The notes beneath the pieces are model-generated. The model was given only the letters and a program-made list of their open reading frames with translations. It was not told where the DNA came from and searched no databases. From the sequence record JN849462.1: a stretch of DNA of 64,000 bases. One strand, 5' to 3'. A program made the position numbers and the translations under genes. Positions 15,802-26,235 of this stretch are shown here, one piece after another (positions within the stretch are counted from its first letter, which is position 1; every line of letters starts with the position of its first letter).

Positions 15802-17760
15802 ATGACAACTAACTCGAATTTGCCTGTTAGTTCTGGCTCGTTTGAGACAATCAAACAAGACCTTATTCAATATCTGAAAGGTCAAGACGAGTTCAAGGAT
15901 TACGACTTTAAAGGTAGTCGCCTGAACGTACTAACAGATTTGCTTGCATACAACACAATGTATCTTCAGCACTACTCGAATGCAGCACTATTCGAGGGAT
16001 TTATTCGCACTGCACAGAAACACAGCAGTGTGGTTCAGCACGCTCAAGATATGGGTTATGCGCCAAGCTCTTTGTCGGCAGCAACACATACTATCGGTAT
16101 CAAAGCGTATCACGCTGAAAACCCAGTTGAGATCACATTAGGTACAGGTACTCGATTCAGTGCAGACGTTGACGGCGTTGATTACTACAGCTACATCGTA
16201 TGGGAACCTCATATTCTAATCGGTGCGAAGCAAGACCCGCTTGATCCTGCGAGTCCCTTAGTGTATCAAGACCAGATTGATTTGGTTCAAGGAACGCTAG
16301 GTCGCTATGAAACGATTTTCAGTGAAAGTGAGTCGATTACGATCAAAGACCCAGATTTAGACAGAAATTATGTTCGTGTGTTCGTAGATAATGCAGAATG
16401 GACGAACTGGACTGACAAATCAATCGTGAACGTAACTGGTGGCTCGAATGTATTCTATCTCCGCGAAACAGTAGACGGGTACACTGAGGTTTACTTCGGC
16501 GAGGGTGTTCTGACTGATTTTACCGAGAACGCAGGTGCATACAATCCCGGTTATATCGGTGGTTTGCGACCAATTGAAGGTCAGCGCATTCGTGTTCAAT
16601 ACGTGAAAACATCGGGACCGCTTGCGAACGGTTCACAGCGTTTCACATGGGCAGATGACATCCCGAATTTCCAATTGGATGACAAGAACATCGACGATAA
16701 TCCGAATAACGATGAGAACTTCGTGGGATCTATCGGCGGTGGCTATGCTGAAGGCACAGAACGTATTAGAGAACTCGCACCGATTTTCCGCGAGTCGCAA
16801 CGTCGATGCGTGACTAAACTTGACTATGAAACGTTCGTTTCTCAGAAGTTCGGTAATATCGTTCAGGCTGTTCAAGCGTTCGGTAGCTCAGATAAGCCGG
16901 GATATGTGTTCATTTCGATTAAGCCGAAAAGCGGATTGACTCTGCCTCAAGTCGCTCGTAACGACATCGAAGAATATCTGAAAGAATTCAATATTGTAAC
17001 AGTAACACCTAAAGTTGTTGACCCTGATTACTTGTACATCAAGCACAATCTGAGAATCAACTATCGTACCGGTTCATTGGCTGAGGGTGCTGACTATCTG
17101 AAAGCTCAGATCATCAATGCGATTTCAGATTACTACTACAACGAAGTTGAGATTTTCAACGCATCGTTTCACGTGTCAAAGATGTTGAGCTACGTAGATG
17201 ACGCACACCCGTCTATTCTAGGTTCACGCTGTGACATCAGCTTGATTCGCGAGTTGACCAACTTTGCACAAACTCCTATGAGTGGCTACAGTTTCTTGAA
17301 CCCAATTACACCAGCAACTGTGAAGTCTGAAGACATCACGTTTACCCCGGGTAATTACAAAGTTCAAATGAGAACAACTGAAGCTCGTACTGCACCGACA
17401 CAAGAAGATATTGGTACAATTTTATTGGGTCCATTTGCAGCAGGTGACATCACAGCGCCAGTTGACCCAGAGACTGGCTTGCCAACTGGCGCATACACAG
17501 ACAACGACTTTGATCGCGAAGTAATTGGCGGTCGCAGTCTATATTACCGTGTGGGTACAATTAACTACGCATCGGGCATGATGGATTATGACTTCATCAA
17601 CTTGGGTATCAACTCATCAGATTGGGATGTTACTGGCAACCTGATCGTGTCAGCAACGCCAACACGTGTGAATATATACACAGACGACGGTAGCTTGATT
17701 GTATACGAGAACGAGCTGCGTCCTCAATACACAGACATCGTCCTAGAGGGTATTTCTTAA
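15802..17760 (+). CDS. 6: gp6 baseplate wedge
   Basis: DYDFKGSRLNVLTDLLAYNT and QRRCVTKLDYE motifs. Start moved to the ATG at 15802 with a GGGGA RBS. Confidence 0.93.
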   Translation: MTTNSNLPVSSGSFETIKQDLIQYLKGQDEFKDYDFKGSRLNVLTDLLAYNTMYLQHYSNAALFEGFIRTAQKHSSVVQHAQDMGYAPSSLSAATHTIGIKAYHAENPVEITLGTGTRFSADVDGVDYYSYIVWEPHILIGAKQDPLDPASPLVYQDQIDLVQGTLGRYETIFSESESITIKDPDLDRNYVRVFVDNAEWTNWTDKSIVNVTGGSNVFYLRETVDGYTEVYFGEGVLTDFTENAGAYNPGYIGGLRPIEGQRIRVQYVKTSGPLANGSQRFTWADDIPNFQLDDKNIDDNPNNDENFVGSIGGGYAEGTERIRELAPIFRESQRRCVTKLDYETFVSQKFGNIVQAVQAFGSSDKPGYVFISIKPKSGLTLPQVARNDIEEYLKEFNIVTVTPKVVDPDYLYIKHNLRINYRTGSLAEGADYLKAQIINAISDYYYNEVEIFNASFHVSKMLSYVDDAHPSILGSRCDISLIRELTNFAQTPMSGYSFLNPITPATVKSEDITFTPGNYKVQMRTTEARTAPTQEDIGTILLGPFAAGDITAPVDPETGLPTGAYTDNDFDREVIGGRSLYYRVGTINYASGMMDYDFINLGINSSDWDVTGNLIVSATPTRVNIYTDDGSLIVYENELRPQYTDIVLEGIS

Positions 17761-20700
17761 TGGCAAATGTATTACAGGCACCGCCAATTATGGAAGTGTC
17801 GATTAACAAATTGACACGAAACTATGCTGAACTTTCGTGGACAACCGTGGGTGAGAATTTCCGTTATGAAATTCACGTGCGCTCGGCGGTCAGTGCTGAA
17901 CTGCTTTTAACGCAGCCTTTCGCGCCGTTATACCCAAACCCGTTCACGGCTGAAACACGTCTGTTTACAAACATTAATGAATCAGTGCGCTACTATCAGT
18001 GGCGCATTCGTTCAGTTTATCAAGGATTTAATCCAAGTGAATGGATTCAGTCAGACATCGGTTACACGTCTGAAACAAACGATTACGATATTGTTACGCA
18101 AGACGAATTCACTCCTGCTAGTTCGTTCATTGAAGCGCGTCTTAACAACGACAACGATCAGTATCTTAACAGCCGTAACCAGTTGCAAGCAACCTTAGTA
18201 AGACCAGGGTTTGAATTTGACCCAAATATGTTCAATGCTGATTCAGCCGCGTATTGGTTCGTTACTAACCCGGGATTCAGCGCAAATTACGGGAAAGTTC
18301 CGTCAGTTTGTCAGAGCAACAGTCGAGTGATCCCGTCGGTGATCGACGATGTGATATATGCATTCGAGCGTTGGCAGCAAGTTTGTAAAGTATCAAACGA
18401 CGGCGGTAAAACATGGCAGACATACAAGGCAACCAACTCGCGTCTAGGTAGCCCTGTGTACGACTGTATCTGTAAGCAGTCTAACACGTTTAGTTATCTT
18501 CTAGGGTACGATTACCTTATTCAGGGCGTTTCGTCTACTGACATTGATTACTCGCACGATAACGGACTGGAATACTCACACGCTTCGGTTGATCTTACGT
18601 TCGATAAACTAGACTTTGACTTGGGTTTTGGTTTTGATGTTGAGCGTTTCAAAGATCTTGCTATTTTACCACCACAAGTGCGTCATAAAGCAGATGCGTT
18701 CGGGGTTGATGATGTAATGACCGTTGTAACATACGGAAACACATACGTATGGCACAACAATAGAATCCCACGTATTTTCGACAACGTTCAATCTGACCTA
18801 TACGGTGAACGTATTTTCGAAACAGTAGGTGAGCTTGATAATGAGCCGGTCTATTTCGAAGCTCGTATTGTTCAGAACGATATTAGTCGCCCAGATTTCG
18901 ACGAAAATACTGCCGATGTTTGCGTGAAAAAGATTCAGTACTTTGATGATCCTGAGCAAGGTCTTGATTATCAAGATGGTCACATGTATGCGCTGGTTAT
19001 AGGTGAGTGGGAGCATGATAGTAACGGCAAACGAATCGGAACTTCTGATCCAAATGAGATTCGCGGTGTATATCGTCTGAATCGTACTGCGATTATGAAT
19101 GGTGACATCGTTGTGGGCTACTCAGGTCTATCTTGGGAGCGTGTATACGGGAACATTGCTGAAGAGCGTTTGCTGCTAAACGAACGTTCGGTTATTTCTC
19201 GCGATAACACTCATCTAATAGTTGGGCATGACTTGACAAAGAACTATGGTGAAGAAGGCAACCCTGCTTATGATAATCGTCAAGAATCTAGCGGCGCGCC
19301 TGGCAACTATCACTCAACTCCCGGTAGCAATTACGGCACAGTCGATGACCCGTACCTAGTTGCAGACAACGATGAAGTTGACGAAGCAGTTCGCATGTTT
19401 ACTAAGCCGTTCTTTACGACTTATGTTAAGCCGATGACTCAGATTATCGCAACGAAAGACGGGAATACATGGGATTATAAGCCACAAGATTACTACGGTT
19501 CAGCGCACTTTAACTGGATGCAGCGTGCAGAAACGCGAGATTGGAAATCGTGGGCAAACGAAATCATGTACTACAAGAAAGAGTCTATCTTCCGTCATGA
19601 TTTTGCTGATCTTGATGATGTTCGTTGGAAAGAAACGTTCAACGAAGGCGAATACACATTTGAAGCACCGAACTTATCTATTTTCGGTTTCAATGGGTAT
19701 GCGGCAGGTGCAATCATTCACTCAAAGAATGATAACAAAGTGATTGGTTACTACAAGTTCCCTTATCGCGTTGACATCACCGCACCGATTCGTTGGTCGC
19801 CAGAGCGTCGTGTGATAACTGCTAGTCTGTCAAATTACACACCTGTAATCATCGAGCCGCCAGCAGAAGATCCAACGACTATGCTCGATCCTACGTTGAC
19901 GCCACTGATTTACAAAATGATGCCAGAAAACTACTTAGATGCAGACGGATTTTACAAGCAATTCGCGAAGCACTACTTGGATTTCATCAGTAAAGGCGAC
20001 GGAACAGCGTATAATAACGTGTACAACTTGCTGAACAGCAAAAACCCGTTAGATGACCATTACACTGAATACTTGCACAAGCTTGTATACGAACGAAATC
20101 GTATTCTTGAGCCTGAGAAACGCGACGCAGTTGTTAAGTTCTTCTTAGCACGCAGAGCAGACTTTTACAGCACGAAGGGTATTTTGGACTCGTACAAGTT
20201 TCTGTTCAAGTTACTGTACAACGAAGATGTTGAAGTTGAGATTGAATCGCTTAACACATTTGAGTATGCAATTGTGGTAAATTCAAATGATGTAACAGAT
20301 GATATTGTCGGTCGACGTATCTACTCAGGTACAGGCAATGCGGATGTTACGTATATCGCTAGACATTACATTGAGGGTAAACGTTACTGGAAATTGACGT
20401 TGAACAACTTAATCGGTGAATTGAACATCGGTGATGTGCTGTCAATCGACGGTCTTGATTTTACCGCTACTGCGATTACTCGCGTACAAGGTGAACGAAT
20501 CGACTACGACTCAAACGAGTTCTTAGATCGAAGCAAGTCATACTACGTGATGAAATTGCGTTCTGAAATGCAATTGAGTCAGTACAAAGATGATGTAATT
20601 CGATTTGTGCATCCAATTGGATTTGGGTTTTTGGGTATTACGCTACTAACTGTACTGATCAATCATGGTATCTCAGTAGAGCACCATGAAACAATCGTTG

Positions 20701-21257
20701 ATTCGTATCGTTTGATTAGATACGACAATGGTATCGGTCTAAACTTCACAGAAGAAACGTCATTACTTGACATGTATGAAGAGCGTGTTTACAACTCGTT
20801 CGGTGAGCTTCAAGTGAAGCCGCATCCGTTAGCTCTTGAAAATCCGTTAGACCATGTGATTCATGATCGTATTCTGAACACGCAAGGCGTGACAATCACA
20901 GAATACAACGACTACTGGCGTAATGATCGCGTAATCGCCCTTGACGAATCGGTTGCGATTGATGAGCAACGATATATAGAGACAGATACGGGTGATATTA
21001 ACGACATTTGGGGTGGGAAACAGCGCGTGCTTAACCCGAATTACAACCCAACTGCGAAAATTCAACCAGCAGACGCGAACAACTCAGAGCAATGGGGAAT
21101 GACGCCGTACGAACGTGCGCCTGCATTCATGTTTGACTGGTCGACAGGGGCAACGAGTATTTCAGATATGTACGAGGATACTGACTACAGACTGAAAGAC
21201 AACGTAGGTAACCCATACGACCCAGAAACGCCGACTCAAAAACAAATAGGTGAATAA
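17760..21257 (+). CDS. 7: gp7 baseplate wedge initiator
   Basis: INKLTRNYAELSWTTVGENFRY, SNDGGKTW, KGILDSYKFLFKLLYNEDV and FVHPIGFGF motifs. Confidence 0.9.
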   Translation: MANVLQAPPIMEVSINKLTRNYAELSWTTVGENFRYEIHVRSAVSAELLLTQPFAPLYPNPFTAETRLFTNINESVRYYQWRIRSVYQGFNPSEWIQSDIGYTSETNDYDIVTQDEFTPASSFIEARLNNDNDQYLNSRNQLQATLVRPGFEFDPNMFNADSAAYWFVTNPGFSANYGKVPSVCQSNSRVIPSVIDDVIYAFERWQQVCKVSNDGGKTWQTYKATNSRLGSPVYDCICKQSNTFSYLLGYDYLIQGVSSTDIDYSHDNGLEYSHASVDLTFDKLDFDLGFGFDVERFKDLAILPPQVRHKADAFGVDDVMTVVTYGNTYVWHNNRIPRIFDNVQSDLYGERIFETVGELDNEPVYFEARIVQNDISRPDFDENTADVCVKKIQYFDDPEQGLDYQDGHMYALVIGEWEHDSNGKRIGTSDPNEIRGVYRLNRTAIMNGDIVVGYSGLSWERVYGNIAEERLLLNERSVISRDNTHLIVGHDLTKNYGEEGNPAYDNRQESSGAPGNYHSTPGSNYGTVDDPYLVADNDEVDEAVRMFTKPFFTTYVKPMTQIIATKDGNTWDYKPQDYYGSAHFNWMQRAETRDWKSWANEIMYYKKESIFRHDFADLDDVRWKETFNEGEYTFEAPNLSIFGFNGYAAGAIIHSKNDNKVIGYYKFPYRVDITAPIRWSPERRVITASLSNYTPVIIEPPAEDPTTMLDPTLTPLIYKMMPENYLDADGFYKQFAKHYLDFISKGDGTAYNNVYNLLNSKNPLDDHYTEYLHKLVYERNRILEPEKRDAVVKFFLARRADFYSTKGILDSYKFLFKLLYNEDVEVEIESLNTFEYAIVVNSNDVTDDIVGRRIYSGTGNADVTYIARHYIEGKRYWKLTLNNLIGELNIGDVLSIDGLDFTATAITRVQGERIDYDSNEFLDRSKSYYVMKLRSEMQLSQYKDDVIRFVHPIGFGFLGITLLTVLINHGISVEHHETIVDSYRLIRYDNGIGLNFTEETSLLDMYEERVYNSFGELQVKPHPLALENPLDHVIHDRILNTQGVTITEYNDYWRNDRVIALDESVAIDEQRYIETDTGDINDIWGGKQRVLNPNYNPTAKIQPADANNSEQWGMTPYERAPAFMFDWSTGATSISDMYEDTDYRLKDNVGNPYDPETPTQKQIGE

Positions 21258-22281
21258 AGTGGCAAAAATTTACAGATCAACAATCACAACAGAATATCGA
21301 GTTAACAACTTGATGAACTTCTACGAAAACGTAGGTGATGAAGACGACAAGAACACAATTTACCTTATGTTCGGTCGTAATGAGCCTTGGTCAGACCGCG
21401 AAGATGAAATAAACTTCGCGCCACCTTACCCGAACGACAGCCCAGACGGAAAAGCCGACGTTTGGGCGCGTGCGCTCGGTCTGATCAAGATTCCAAAAGC
21501 ACAGCTTCGCCCTGTTCTTCCTCGTAAGGACTGGGGCGACCCTGATTTGAATAACTCGCTTCGATTCACATTCGGTGATATTGTAACAGTTAACACTATG
21601 CCGATCAATAGTCACCCAAGTGCATTGAACGGCTACATGGTTTATCGTTGCATAGACATCCCAGAAACAGACCCGAATAACACAAACATTCGCGGTACGT
21701 GTTCGATTGCGACAGTAACGAACAAAAATGACTGTGTAGCAGTCGGCGGGGAATGGAATGCACCATCATCACCAGGTAACCAAGAAAACATCCCACACGG
21801 CACAGGGAATGCTATCGAAACAGGTGATGGGTACGTATGGGAATATCTTTACACTATTCCACCGAGTGAAGTTCTTACGAACGTAACTCAAGAATACATC
21901 GTTTGCCCGTTCCCTGAAGACATTATCGCTGATCGTGTTGCATGGGGTCTAGATCAGAACATCGTTTTCAATGAAAACTACGATGAGACGATTTACAGTG
22001 TAGGCGCAGTGCAGTTGCGATTTCGAGCTAAACTAGCAGGTGCAGACTTCATTCACTTGTTTGGTCCCGGTAATCAGGGCTATCGCCAGATTTCGCTAGT
22101 TCAAAACCCGTTGCTGGTTCGAGAAGAAGGCGCAACGTCGGATACGAAAGCGACTGAAACACGTTATGACCCACACGAGATTCAAGCAGGGACTGGTCAG
22201 ATAATTTACATGGAAAATCGCCAGCCGATTCGTAAAACACTTGACCAAGTAGAAGAGTTCAACTTGATCTACAACTTCTAA
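21250..22281 (+). CDS. 8: gp8 baseplate wedge
   Basis: IYLMFGRNEPW, VYRCIDIP, GDGYVWEYLYTIP and IYMENRQPI motifs. Confidence 0.92.
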   Translation: MNKVAKIYRSTITTEYRVNNLMNFYENVGDEDDKNTIYLMFGRNEPWSDREDEINFAPPYPNDSPDGKADVWARALGLIKIPKAQLRPVLPRKDWGDPDLNNSLRFTFGDIVTVNTMPINSHPSALNGYMVYRCIDIPETDPNNTNIRGTCSIATVTNKNDCVAVGGEWNAPSSPGNQENIPHGTGNAIETGDGYVWEYLYTIPPSEVLTNVTQEYIVCPFPEDIIADRVAWGLDQNIVFNENYDETIYSVGAVQLRFRAKLAGADFIHLFGPGNQGYRQISLVQNPLLVREEGATSDTKATETRYDPHEIQAGTGQIIYMENRQPIRKTLDQVEEFNLIYNF

Positions 22282-22336
22282 TAAATAAAGTAAACAACTC
22301 ATTAGGCGCGTGTTCGCGCCTTTCTTGGAGATTAAG

Positions 22337-23293
22337 ATGGGACGACAAAGATTAGAAACTGGTACTGCGGGTTCGGTTGGTACTGGTGATACAATTCACA
22401 ACGGTGGTAATAAGCTGCGTGACAACTCTGACGAGTTCTACCACATTAACGCAGACTTTGAACTAACTGAAGCAGGTGAAAACTATATCCCTGCTTACAA
22501 TGACACGTCGCCACGCCCTTTTGCAGGTGGCTATTGGCAGAGAATTCCGCCAAGCTCAACTGCGGGTGGTTCAGGTGGACCGAACAACACTAACTTGCTA
22601 ACATCAATCATTACTGGTGGCAAGTATGACATTGACACGTCAGCACTAGGCGGCGGGGCATCAATGACATTAAACTTGCCGAAAATCGGTACAACAGCGG
22701 GCATGGCGAAGCGCGGTGAGAGAATTGAATTTCAAAACACGACTGCGACTCTAGACACAAACCCGATTGTTATCTCACCATCAGCAGGTGATGCAATTGT
22801 TGGTGCGACTGAACTCAACGGCACACAAATCGTTCGTAACAATTACTGCCACATAATCTGTACAGTAATTGATGATGGTACTGGTCTAGCAGGCACACCT
22901 CAGTGGGGTATTAAAATCATCCCAATTTTAGGTGACTTCGGTGCGCCAGTTAACGACACGATTTACACAATCCCAGAGACAGTGACAGTCACAATGCCGC
23001 TATTTGATACTTTATCGTATGCAGCGTGTAAGTTGATGGTTTACGCAGAAAACAGCGACCCAGCTCAGGGTGGTGCGGTTACTCGTCGTATGTCATCAGA
23101 ATTGTTGCTGCTAAATAATGTAACAGACGTTTATATTGATGAATACTCAGTAATCAATACAGACAAAGATTTCGGTAACTTGGTTCTAATTGAACCGCGA
23201 GTTGATAACGGAACAATCGTTCTCGATATTACATCAAATGACGATAACGTGTCAATTTCAATCAAATCTATCGAAACAATCAGACTATCGTAA
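22337..23293 (+). CDS. 9: gp9 baseplate long-tail-fibre connector
   Basis: GTGDTIHNGGNKL N-terminus; GGAG RBS before 22337; synteny. Confidence 0.8.
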   Translation: MGRQRLETGTAGSVGTGDTIHNGGNKLRDNSDEFYHINADFELTEAGENYIPAYNDTSPRPFAGGYWQRIPPSSTAGGSGGPNNTNLLTSIITGGKYDIDTSALGGGASMTLNLPKIGTTAGMAKRGERIEFQNTTATLDTNPIVISPSAGDAIVGATELNGTQIVRNNYCHIICTVIDDGTGLAGTPQWGIKIIPILGDFGAPVNDTIYTIPETVTVTMPLFDTLSYAACKLMVYAENSDPAQGGAVTRRMSSELLLLNNVTDVYIDEYSVINTDKDFGNLVLIEPRVDNGTIVLDITSNDDNVSISIKSIETIRLS

Positions 23294-23302
23294 GGGACAA
23301 TA

Positions 23303-25549
23303 ATGAAACAGACGATCAACGTCGGGCAAATTGTTGATGACGGTACTGGTGATTACCTACGACAAGGTGGCATTAAGACCCGTGACAATTTCGACGAAAT
23401 ATACAGTCACTTAGGCGACGGTAGCAGACTCTATGCTGCCGGTGCTTGGCGCAATTGGAAATTTGCTTCTACATATCTAAACGGTGATACATCGTACAAC
23501 CCTGCTAACGCTGAACTGTATTTCGACGAGAACGGCGATGGTCAGGGTCCTGAACTACATACGAATTTCGGCGAGTCATGGACAGTCGATACGTCGCTTG
23601 GTGCAGTCGATGTATATCTCCCAAGTGGTGTTGAAGAAGCCGACTATGGTAAAGCGATTCGCGTGCGTGATGTTAAAGGTACGTGGGACAAACAACTTGT
23701 AACAATATACCCAGATTCGAAAGACTCAATCAAACGTGTTGCGGGTTCAACTCAGAACGAACTAGGTTCAGGTGCCGAATTCAGCAACGCATATCAAGAT
23801 CTTGAACTAGTGTTTACGCCACCCCGTCACTGGGAATATGTTGCTCAGAAATACGTAAACGGGTTGACATTTGGCGATGTTCCGAGTGTATTACGTCGCG
23901 CAATTATTGCACGTCAAGATCAACGTGATTTCAACATGTCACTTGAATTGAATGGTGGCGTGTACAACCAAGCCGCGGTTGAAGTATACCGTCGCGGTAA
24001 CTTGCTGTACTTCGGAAACGACCTGAATGACTTCAGTGACTACGGATCAGTTCCGCTTCACACAGTCGATCCATGGGTTGCTAATAACCCTGAAACGTAT
24101 TACGTAGGTGACTTAGTTCGCGGTGACGTGGTTACAGGTCGGGATGACCGAGTATGGCAGTGTATTGTTGAACACAACAGCATCGGTACGTGGGAAGAGA
24201 ACAACTGGGCGGAATTTGCAGATTTTCCTGATTATCAACCACATGCAGGTTCAACTGCATATTCAGTAGGTGATGTGGTTACTCAAGTTGTAGGCGGTTT
24301 TGTTCAAACATTTGAATGCTTGATTTCACACACATCAGCGGCGGGTACAACTGACTTAACTACTGATAATCGCTGGAAGCAATTGACAAATGACGACTTA
24401 GCACCACTTGATGGGCGTACAATTCGTCTTCGATTGCCTGCAAATGAGGCAGACCCGGTCGCAATGGTCACTTATTTGAGTGACGTATCAAGCTTCCGTA
24501 GTAGCTATGTTCTGAAGTCAATCAAAGTGATTGATGAAAATAACTATGGTGTTCAAGAATCACCGGGCGCGGTTGTTAAAAAAGATTTCGTACCGGGAAT
24601 GGAAGTTACACTATCAGATTTTGGTCTGCCTGAATATACTCAATTCAATACAGAAACGCTTGAAGTTCTACTTAACGGTACTCAGTTGACAAAATCAAAC
24701 ACTGCGGGGAATGGTGACAGCCAGAACGGCGGTGATTATGATTATGACTACATTCAAGATGCTGAAGGGCGCTGGAATACAATCGTATTTGCAGAAGCAT
24801 TGGCTGATAGTGATGTGATCACAGTCAGATGGTACGATAACGTAATCGGAACTCTTTTGACATGGGATGAAGGCGATGACAACTTGCAAGAGCGTACACG
24901 TGAGATTTTCGTTTCTCGTGACGACTGGGCAGACGTTCGTCGATTCAACAAGATCATTTACACTGATCCACAAAACCCGTCTGCGGCTGTTACTGAAGTT
25001 CTACCAGACCCAGAGACATTTGCACCGGGCGGAACGCTAGTTTCGTTATTTGAAAGTATATTCCCGATTGGCTCAGTGTATACGAATGCAAACAACCCGA
25101 ACAACCCCGCCGATTACATGGGATTTGGTACTTGGGTTCGCTATGCGCCAGGTCGTACAATCGTGGGATGGAACCCAAATGATGATGGAAAATTCCATCG
25201 AAACAATAACAACGAAAACATTGTTCAAGCAGGTGGTACAGGCGGCTCGATTGGTGTGACTCTTACTAAAGAGAACATCCCTGAGCTAATAAGTACAACA
25301 AACCCTGACTACAACAGTGCTGGTGAACGCGACATCGGAAATGTCAACGAGCAATATAGCTTAGTTGCGCGTTCAGCAACATCGGGTGGTGACATTAACT
25401 TGAACGGCTGTCTTGGTGACCCAGAGAACACAGTTCCTCTAGCTTACTACAAAGAAGAGCCAATCAAAGTCAACCACGGTCAAATCGCACAAGCAGTTGA
25501 CGTAACTCAGCCATACATCACTGCATACACTTGGTTAAGGACTGCATAA
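23303..25549 (+). CDS. 10: gp10 baseplate wedge / tail pin, with inserted carbohydrate-binding-like modules
   Basis: MKQTINVGQIVDDGTGDYLRQGG, FPIGSVY and QPYITAYTWLRTA motifs; 748 aa. Confidence 0.92.
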   Translation: MKQTINVGQIVDDGTGDYLRQGGIKTRDNFDEIYSHLGDGSRLYAAGAWRNWKFASTYLNGDTSYNPANAELYFDENGDGQGPELHTNFGESWTVDTSLGAVDVYLPSGVEEADYGKAIRVRDVKGTWDKQLVTIYPDSKDSIKRVAGSTQNELGSGAEFSNAYQDLELVFTPPRHWEYVAQKYVNGLTFGDVPSVLRRAIIARQDQRDFNMSLELNGGVYNQAAVEVYRRGNLLYFGNDLNDFSDYGSVPLHTVDPWVANNPETYYVGDLVRGDVVTGRDDRVWQCIVEHNSIGTWEENNWAEFADFPDYQPHAGSTAYSVGDVVTQVVGGFVQTFECLISHTSAAGTTDLTTDNRWKQLTNDDLAPLDGRTIRLRLPANEADPVAMVTYLSDVSSFRSSYVLKSIKVIDENNYGVQESPGAVVKKDFVPGMEVTLSDFGLPEYTQFNTETLEVLLNGTQLTKSNTAGNGDSQNGGDYDYDYIQDAEGRWNTIVFAEALADSDVITVRWYDNVIGTLLTWDEGDDNLQERTREIFVSRDDWADVRRFNKIIYTDPQNPSAAVTEVLPDPETFAPGGTLVSLFESIFPIGSVYTNANNPNNPADYMGFGTWVRYAPGRTIVGWNPNDDGKFHRNNNNENIVQAGGTGGSIGVTLTKENIPELISTTNPDYNSAGERDIGNVNEQYSLVARSATSGGDINLNGCLGDPENTVPLAYYKEEPIKVNHGQIAQAVDVTQPYITAYTWLRTA

Positions 25550-26235
25550 TGACAACTAAAGCAAGACATGCGTCACGAGTGTGGAGCAATGACTCGCGCA
25601 TGAAGATTTTCGATCAAACAGCAATTGACGACTCGGGTTTATTCCCGGGTGGTCGCTTCAATTTCCGCGGTGCGGTATTAGGCGATTCAACAATTGACGA
25701 AATTCAAGAAGGCGCGTGGGATCCGAACGTTCAAGCTGCAATTATGCAGCTTGCAATGGCAGCAATTTTGCCAGTCGGTACTATTATCTCGTCAACAGAC
25801 GCAACGAACCCGTTTAACACGAACCAGTTCAACGAAACAATTACATTCACTGGGACTTCGGCAGTTGATAACATCAGCTTATATGGCGTTTCAGTGCAGT
25901 TGACTGTGGGCGATTCAGATAATGACATTGCAGAAAAAGTTTTCACGGCTCTGCACGCATCGAATCTGTTTGACACCGTTCCGACAGACCACGTCGCGCC
26001 GTCAAACACGTTTCTATTGAAGCACCGCAGTTCTAGACCGCACAATCCTGCGTACTCAACGACGTTTGAAGACATTTTAGACCCAGAAGGTAGTCCAACT
26101 GGGATTCAAGCTAAAAGCGTCGTCACGGGTTCGTCAGACGGTCAGAAGAGCTTAGGTTACGGGGAATGGGAATTGTATCACACTGATACAACAACATTCA
26201 CTGATACTGTATATTACTACAGAAGGATTGCATAA
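25549..26235 (+). CDS. 11: gp11 baseplate short-fibre adapter
   Basis: PVGTII and LGYGEW...YYYRRIA C-terminus; start at the coupled ATG 25549. Confidence 0.75.
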   Translation: MTTKARHASRVWSNDSRMKIFDQTAIDDSGLFPGGRFNFRGAVLGDSTIDEIQEGAWDPNVQAAIMQLAMAAILPVGTIISSTDATNPFNTNQFNETITFTGTSAVDNISLYGVSVQLTVGDSDNDIAEKVFTALHASNLFDTVPTDHVAPSNTFLLKHRSSRPHNPAYSTTFEDILDPEGSPTGIQAKSVVTGSSDGQKSLGYGEWELYHTDTTTFTDTVYYYRRIA

